From an uncultured SAR86 cluster bacterium (lineage in GTDB: Bacteria; Pseudomonadota; Gammaproteobacteria; Magnimaribacterales; D2472), in assembly GCA_902586925.1 (NCBI GenBank), contig CACIJE010000001.1, forward strand, positions 5,720-69,719: a stretch of 64,000 nucleotides of DNA, given 5' to 3'. A model generated the notes under the pieces. The model was not told the DNA's origin, did no database searches, and was given only the letters and a program-made list of their open reading frames with translations. The translations under genes were made by a program, and so were the position numbers. Positions 58,493 through 64,000 of the stretch are shown in pieces; positions within the stretch are counted from its first letter, which is position 1; every line of letters starts with the position of its first letter.

Positions 58493-61086
58493 TCACCATC
58501 TACATATGCTGCAGTCCATTTTGTTTTTTTGCCATCTTTCTCAGAGGCAACATAGTGAACATCATCTGTCCTGTTGTAACGTATTACATATGGATTGCCA
58601 TCCTTATCATGCTCTGGTGCATCTAAAAGATACAAATGCTTTTCTTTGTCAGGTAAGTATCTGCATGCTTCAATAATTTTCTCTCGAAGATTATTAATTT
58701 CTGAAACTTTTGGGGCTCTTGTTTCCCTATTTTTTGGGTATTGACTTGCTGCCAAAAATAAACCTTTCATGCTATCTCTTAAAAGATAATGGTCCTCACA
58801 TTTAATACATTTAAGTTCCCTGATTTCAATAGGTTCCATTGTAATGGGCTTAGGCTCTCCATTTCTTTGTAAGGCTCTTGTTGCGCCACAGTTATCATTT
58901 AAACATCCAAAATACTTTCCAAATCTGCCTGTCTTTAACTGCATTTCAGACCCACATTTATGACACTCTAATGTTGGTCCATCATACCCTTTGATCTTAA
59001 ATTGACCGTCCTCTATAAGATAACCATCACAATCTGGATTTTTTCCGCAAACGTGAAGCTTTCTATGTTCATCAACCAAATAATTATCCATACTTGTTCC
59101 ACATTTAGGACATCTCTTTTTTATTAAAAGATTTTCAGCTTCCTCAGTATCATCAACACTTATAGCTTCATCTCCTGAAACTAAATTAAGAGTCTCTTTA
59201 CATTTGTCATCACCATTATTTTGATAACCCGCACAACCTAAAAAGACACCATTTGAAGAATTTCTTATTACCATGTTTGTTTTTCCACATGGACAAGTTA
59301 TATTTGTTTCAGTGGGAATATTTCCCGGTCTCATTCCTACCTCTTCGTGCGAAGCTTCAATGAGATCATTTTGAAAAGATTTATAAAAATTATCTAATAT
59401 ATCTCTCCAATCAGCATCTCCATTTGCTACTTCATCTAGGCTGTTTTCAAGATTAGCAGTAAAGTCATAATCCATTATGTCATCAAAGCTCTCGAGAAGT
59501 CTTTCAGCCACAATATGACCAATTTTTTTTACAAAAAATCTTTTATTCTCAATTGCTACGTAACCTCTGTCCTGAATGGTTGAAATAATGTTTGCATAGG
59601 TTGAAGGTCTTCCGATTCCTTTTTTCTCTAATTCCCTTACAAGAGCTGCTTCAGAATATCTTGATGGAGGTTTTGTAAATTTTTGTTCTAAGTCAATACT
59701 TTTTCTTGATATTGAATCTCCCTCGTTCAGTGATGGGAGAATATCTTCTTCTTTTGATGAACTTTTGAGCACTTTTGTAAATCCATCAAATACTAGCTCT
59801 CTTCCCCTAGCAATAAATGTATTATCTTCGATAACAATTTTTGCTGATGTTGATAAATATTCAGCATCAGGTAGTTGAGAAGCAACAAATCTTTCCCATA
59901 TAAGCTTATAGAGTTTTGATTCTTCTTCAGATAATTGCAACACATCTTGAGGTTTTAAAAAAGCATTTGTTGGGCGAACAGCCTCGTGCGCCTCTTGTGC
60001 ATTTTCAGTACTAGAATATATTTTTGGTGCATTTGTTAGATATTTATCTCCAAGATTTTCGTTGATAAAACCTCTTGCGTCATTAATTGATTCTTTGCTA
60101 AGACTTGGAGCATCAGTTCGCATATAGGTTATTAAACCTGCTTCATATAGCTTTTGGGCAACTCTCATAGTTCTTTTGACATTAAAACCTAATCTTGTGC
60201 TAGCAGATTGTTGAAGAGTTGAGGTTATAAAAGGTGCCTTTGGTTTTATTTTGACTGGTTTTTTGGTAATTTCGTTGATTTCTAAATTACACGATTCAAT
60301 TTGCTTTTCAATACTTTTTACTTTCTCTTCTGTCAGTAATGGATCAGTTTTTTTAGTATTAAGTTTAAATTTTATTAATTCTTCATTCTTAGAAGCCCCA
60401 GTAAATGATATCTCCCAAAACTCTTCAGGTACAAATTCCTGAATTGATCTTTCTTTTTCATCTAATAATCTAAGTGCAACTGATTGAACTCGCCCAGCTG
60501 ATAAACCTCTTGCAATTTTTTTCCATAACAATGGAGATAACTCAAAGCCAATTACCTTATCAAGGAATCTTCTTGCTCTATATGCTTTAACTAAATTGAG
60601 GTCAATTTCTTTTGGGTCAGAAAAAGAGTTTAAAATTGCATCTTTTGTTATTTGATTAAATCTTACTCTTGAGTAATTATATTTTTTTGGTCCAAGTGCC
60701 TCTTTCAAATGCCAAGCAATTGCCTCACCTTCTCTATCTAAATCTGTTGCTAAATATATATTTTCTACATTTTTTGCAGCTTTTTTTAAGGTTTTAAGCA
60801 CTTTTTCTTTTTCAGGTATTATTTGCCAATCGGCATCCCAACCGTTATCTGGGTCAACACCCATTCTTCTTACTAACCTTTTTCTATCGTTTATAGATTT
60901 TAGTCTTGCCTTCTCTTCTGGACTTAGGTCTTTGGGTACTGAAAACCTATTGCTAGCTCCAATAGCTTTCTTTGGCAAGTCTCTTATATGACCAACACTA
61001 GACTCAACAATATATTCTGGTCCTAAGTACTTGGATATAGTCTTTGCTTTTGCTGGGGACTCAACTATTACTAAAGATTTTGTCAT
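58468..61086 (-). CDS. topA: DNA topoisomerase I
   Basis: IVESPAKA, DLDREGE, SAGRVQS, ITYMRTD, C-terminal zinc ribbons. Confidence 0.98.
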   Translation of the reverse strand: MTKSLVIVESPAKAKTISKYLGPEYIVESSVGHIRDLPKKAIGASNRFSVPKDLSPEEKARLKSINDRKRLVRRMGVDPDNGWDADWQIIPEKEKVLKTLKKAAKNVENIYLATDLDREGEAIAWHLKEALGPKKYNYSRVRFNQITKDAILNSFSDPKEIDLNLVKAYRARRFLDKVIGFELSPLLWKKIARGLSAGRVQSVALRLLDEKERSIQEFVPEEFWEISFTGASKNEELIKFKLNTKKTDPLLTEEKVKSIEKQIESCNLEINEITKKPVKIKPKAPFITSTLQQSASTRLGFNVKRTMRVAQKLYEAGLITYMRTDAPSLSKESINDARGFINENLGDKYLTNAPKIYSSTENAQEAHEAVRPTNAFLKPQDVLQLSEEESKLYKLIWERFVASQLPDAEYLSTSAKIVIEDNTFIARGRELVFDGFTKVLKSSSKEEDILPSLNEGDSISRKSIDLEQKFTKPPSRYSEAALVRELEKKGIGRPSTYANIISTIQDRGYVAIENKRFFVKKIGHIVAERLLESFDDIMDYDFTANLENSLDEVANGDADWRDILDNFYKSFQNDLIEASHEEVGMRPGNIPTETNITCPCGKTNMVIRNSSNGVFLGCAGYQNNGDDKCKETLNLVSGDEAISVDDTEEAENLLIKKRCPKCGTSMDNYLVDEHRKLHVCGKNPDCDGYLIEDGQFKIKGYDGPTLECHKCGSEMQLKTGRFGKYFGCLNDNCGATRALQRNGEPKPITMEPIEIRELKCIKCEDHYLLRDSMKGLFLAASQYPKNRETRAPKVSEINNLREKIIEACRYLPDKEKHLYLLDAPEHDKDGNPYVIRYNRTDDVHYVASEKDGKKTKWTAAYVDGDWVQNLKS

Positions 61087-61145
61087 GATTTAAAAATTTC
61101 CTTTTTTATGAATATCATCAAAATAGTCATGTTGGCAAGTTAATT

Positions 61146-61589
61146 TTAAAAAAATTTTAAATTTCTTAGAGCTTCATCTATGTTTTTAAGCTCTTCTAAA
61201 CCATCTAATTCTTTCCATAAAAAGTATATATATGATTCAGTAAAAATAATCTCGTCAATGCTTTCTGAAAGATTTTTAAGTTGTTTTTCAATGCTCTGAA
61301 AGTTATCAGAAAATTTAAGTTTGACAGGAGAATACAAGATTAAGCTGTTTTTGTCTCGAATAAAATGGCCTTCTCGCAATTTAGTTGTGTTTGTAATGTG
61401 ATAGTTTACAGAGTGTGAGTTTTTATTTTTAAAATTATTTTTACCATAAAGTATTGAAGAAATTTTGAACCCAATCATCTTAGCTTCAATTCTAAGTTTA
61501 GAAATTTTTCTGGAGGACTTGGAGGGAATTGCAATAGAAATTGAGCCTACCAGCATGACTACAACTAAAAATATTATCAAGTATTCCAA
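61146..61589 (-). CDS. membrane-anchored hypothetical protein
   Basis: N-terminal TM helix. Confidence 0.65.
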   Translation of the reverse strand: MEYLIIFLVVVMLVGSISIAIPSKSSRKISKLRIEAKMIGFKISSILYGKNNFKNKNSHSVNYHITNTTKLREGHFIRDKNSLILYSPVKLKFSDNFQSIEKQLKNLSESIDEIIFTESYIYFLWKELDGLEELKNIDEALRNLKFF

Positions 61590-61592
61590 ACT

Positions 61593-62579
61593 TTAATCTC
61601 GAATTATTTGATTTATTAATTTTGGGCCTTTGATTATAAAACCTGTATAAATTTGAACCAGATTTGCACCAGCTCCGATTTTAGTATGAAAATCATTTTT
61701 ACTCATGACGCCACCAACTCCTATAATTAGCATGTCAGTGTTTGATCTAATGAAAGAAATCTTATTCGTTGATTTTTCCATCAAAGGCTGTCCAGACAAT
61801 CCTCCCTCTTCATTTCTTAATTTTTCATTTGTGATACTGTCTTTGTTTACTGTAGTATTTGTCGCCACTAGACCAGAGAAAGAAGAGTTTTCCACTAATT
61901 CAATAATCATTTTTATTGATTCATCACTTTCATCTGGTGAAATCTTAAGGAAAATAGGCTTTTGAAAATTGATTTCAATAGATTTATTTTCAACAGAGCT
62001 TATTAAATTTTTTAGGTTTTCTTTATTATGTAAATCTCTTAAATCAGGTGTATTTGGAGATGATATGTTAATGGTGATGTAGTCAGCATATTCATGAATT
62101 TTTTCAAAACATAACAAATAATCTTTAATCCTTTGGTCATCTTTTGATGTCTTATTTGCACCAATATTTACTCCTACAATTCCTTTGTACTTTCTTTTTT
62201 TTAGATTCTTTAATAAATAATCTATGCCTTTGTTGTTAAAACCTAATCTATTTATGATTGCGTTATCCTCGTAGTTTCTGAAAACACGTGGTTTTGAGTT
62301 GCCGCTTTGTGGTAACGGTGTAACTGTACCAACTTCTAAAAAACCAAATCCTAATTCGCCCAATGCATCAATGTAGTCACCATTCTTGTCTAAACCAGCA
62401 GCCGTGCCAAGTTTATTCTTAAAATTCATTCCACATAAATTAAATTCAACCTCATCATCTTTTTTTATTTGAAATAAACTTAAGAGCTTAAGTTTATGGA
62501 GGAAATTTAAAGAATTTAATGAAATAGAGTGAGCAAATTCCGGAGGTAAAAATTTAAATATATTGAGAAAAAAATTCAA
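61593..62579 (-). CDS. pyrD: quinone-dependent dihydroorotate dehydrogenase
   Basis: AAGLDKNG, INRLGFNN, NISSPNTP, GGLSG. Confidence 0.96.
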   Translation of the reverse strand: MNFFLNIFKFLPPEFAHSISLNSLNFLHKLKLLSLFQIKKDDEVEFNLCGMNFKNKLGTAAGLDKNGDYIDALGELGFGFLEVGTVTPLPQSGNSKPRVFRNYEDNAIINRLGFNNKGIDYLLKNLKKRKYKGIVGVNIGANKTSKDDQRIKDYLLCFEKIHEYADYITINISSPNTPDLRDLHNKENLKNLISSVENKSIEINFQKPIFLKISPDESDESIKMIIELVENSSFSGLVATNTTVNKDSITNEKLRNEEGGLSGQPLMEKSTNKISFIRSNTDMLIIGVGGVMSKNDFHTKIGAGANLVQIYTGFIIKGPKLINQIIRD

Positions 62580-63436
62580 TCAATATTCCTTATAATTTCT
62601 TTGATGTTTTCACTGATCGATTCATCCCTTAAAGCAAGGGCAATGGTAGCATGAACAAAACCCTCTTTACTACCACAATCAAATTTTTCTCTATCGTATA
62701 AAACACCGTACACCTCCTCCTCGCTTAACATAGATTTTATGGCATCTGTTAATTGAATTTCATTAGATTTATCTGGCTTCACAGATTTTAAGTGTTTAAA
62801 AATTGATGAATTTAATATATATCTTCCGCACAAAGCTAAATCAGATGGAGCATCAATAGCATTTGGTTTTTCAACAATATCTTCAATTTTAATAATTTCA
62901 GAAGTTCTTTCTTTTGGCTTTATAACTCCATATTTATGAATATTGTTTTTATCTATAACGTTAACAGCAATTGCTGAAGATTTATTTAAAGCATATGCGT
63001 CTATTAATTGCTGCAAACAGGACTTTTTAGAAATAAATAGATCGTCTGGAAGAAGTATTGCAAAAGGACTATTACCTATAATACTCTCGGCGTGAAGAAT
63101 AGCATCACCTAATCCATTTTGTTTTTTTTGATTTACATAATAAAAACTAACTTTTGAAAAAATTTCTGGATTTATTGCCATAGCTAAATCATTTTTCCCT
63201 GATTTAATAAGTTTTGTCTCTATTTCTTTATTTTTTTTAAAATGATTTTTAATTGAAAACTTTTCAGGACTTGTAATAAAAACTATTTCATTTATTCCAA
63301 CATTTACCGCCTCTTCAACCGCATATTGAACTAATGGCTTATCAATAATTGGTAACATCTCTTTTGGAATCGCTTTCGATGCAGGTAAAAATCTTGTTCC
63401 AAGGCCTGCAACTGGTAGTACTGCTTTTTTAATCAA
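62576..63436 (-). CDS. galU: UTP-glucose-1-phosphate uridylyltransferase
   Basis: PVAGLGTRFLPASKAIPKEML, LPDD, VEKP, EIQLTDA. Confidence 0.95.
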   Translation of the reverse strand: MIKKAVLPVAGLGTRFLPASKAIPKEMLPIIDKPLVQYAVEEAVNVGINEIVFITSPEKFSIKNHFKKNKEIETKLIKSGKNDLAMAINPEIFSKVSFYYVNQKKQNGLGDAILHAESIIGNSPFAILLPDDLFISKKSCLQQLIDAYALNKSSAIAVNVIDKNNIHKYGVIKPKERTSEIIKIEDIVEKPNAIDAPSDLALCGRYILNSSIFKHLKSVKPDKSNEIQLTDAIKSMLSEEEVYGVLYDREKFDCGSKEGFVHATIALALRDESISENIKEIIRNID

Positions 63437-63437
63437 T

Positions 63438-64000
63438 TTATAATCTCACATAAATGCTCTTGTATATCATAGCAAACAAAATACCTGAAATAAGGCCGCC
63501 CAAATGAGCAAAATTTGCGACCGATCCAAAACCAAACAGATCCAATATGCCAGCAAAACCAAGAAGCAACCAAACAATCATAAATAAGTATAAAGCTGGC
63601 GGTAATTTGTATCTTTCATATTGCGTATCAAATTCGATAATCATACAAAAGCCAATAAGACCATAAATTACACCAGATAGCCCACCAAACAAACTTGTTT
63701 CGGTCCAGAAATATTGAAGGCAGTTACTTAAAATTGCTGAGAAAATAACCAATAATATAAAAATAAGCGACCCGTCTGTATTTTCAATTTTCTCACCAAG
63801 TACAAAGATCCATAAACAGTTAAAGGCTAAATGAGCAAATGAAAAATGAATAAAAATAGGTGTAATAAGTCTCCACCACTGATTGCCAATCCAATATGTT
63901 TGATTAAAATCAAATATAGAAATATATCCTTGATTTGTGATATTTATATTTGTGAATGTTAAAAATTCTATTGCTGCGATAACGGAACCAAAATTTGAGA
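63438..64000 (-). CDS. glpG: rhomboid protease GlpG, partial (5' end outside the window)
   Basis: Frame stays open to the edge and includes WWRLITPIFIHFSFAHLAFN, GGLSG and AHLGGL. Confidence 0.9.
   Translation of the reverse strand, partial: SNFGSVIAAIEFLTFTNINITNQGYISIFDFNQTYWIGNQWWRLITPIFIHFSFAHLAFNCLWIFVLGEKIENTDGSLIFILLVIFSAILSNCLQYFWTETSLFGGLSGVIYGLIGFCMIIEFDTQYERYKLPPALYLFMIVWLLLGFAGILDLFGFGSVANFAHLGGLISGILFAMIYKSIYVRL

Overview
AT-rich, densely coding bacterial DNA whose gene order and streamlining suggest a marine gammaproteobacterium (SAR86-like; inference only). About 1-25.3 kb is an accessory/defence island. It holds a WYL regulator, a MoxR-like AAA ATPase with a vWA-metallopeptidase partner, DUF4116 repeat proteins, a truncated beta-clamp-like protein, a Cas4/RecB-like nuclease, a probably inactive UmuD paralog, an orphan RelE-like gene, an Mza-like GHKL/Z1/DUF4420/AIPR operon and two C5 DNA methyltransferases. 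Six copies of a palindromic operator (TGCGACA-N5-[T/G]GTCGCA) lie in intergenic gaps between 1.25 and 13.8 kb and define a probable WYL regulon. Inside it, at 9.82-10.38 kb, are two tandem copies of a ~200-250 nt non-coding element whose differences include several compensatory base-pair changes, pointing to an unannotated structured RNA on the minus strand. About 25.3-35 kb is mixed housekeeping/accessory DNA (arsC, ppiB-lpxH, LexA-boxed umuDC, ECF sigma/anti-sigma, Fur-boxed ferritin-like gene). About 35-64 kb is core metabolism (acnB, purF-cvpA, trpFBA, truA, fimV, asd, leuCDB, aroC, prpBCD, queH, thrH, lexA, topA, pyrD, galU, glpG). I saw no tRNA, rRNA, integrase, transposase or CRISPR array. 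All calls are by eye; no database searches were run.
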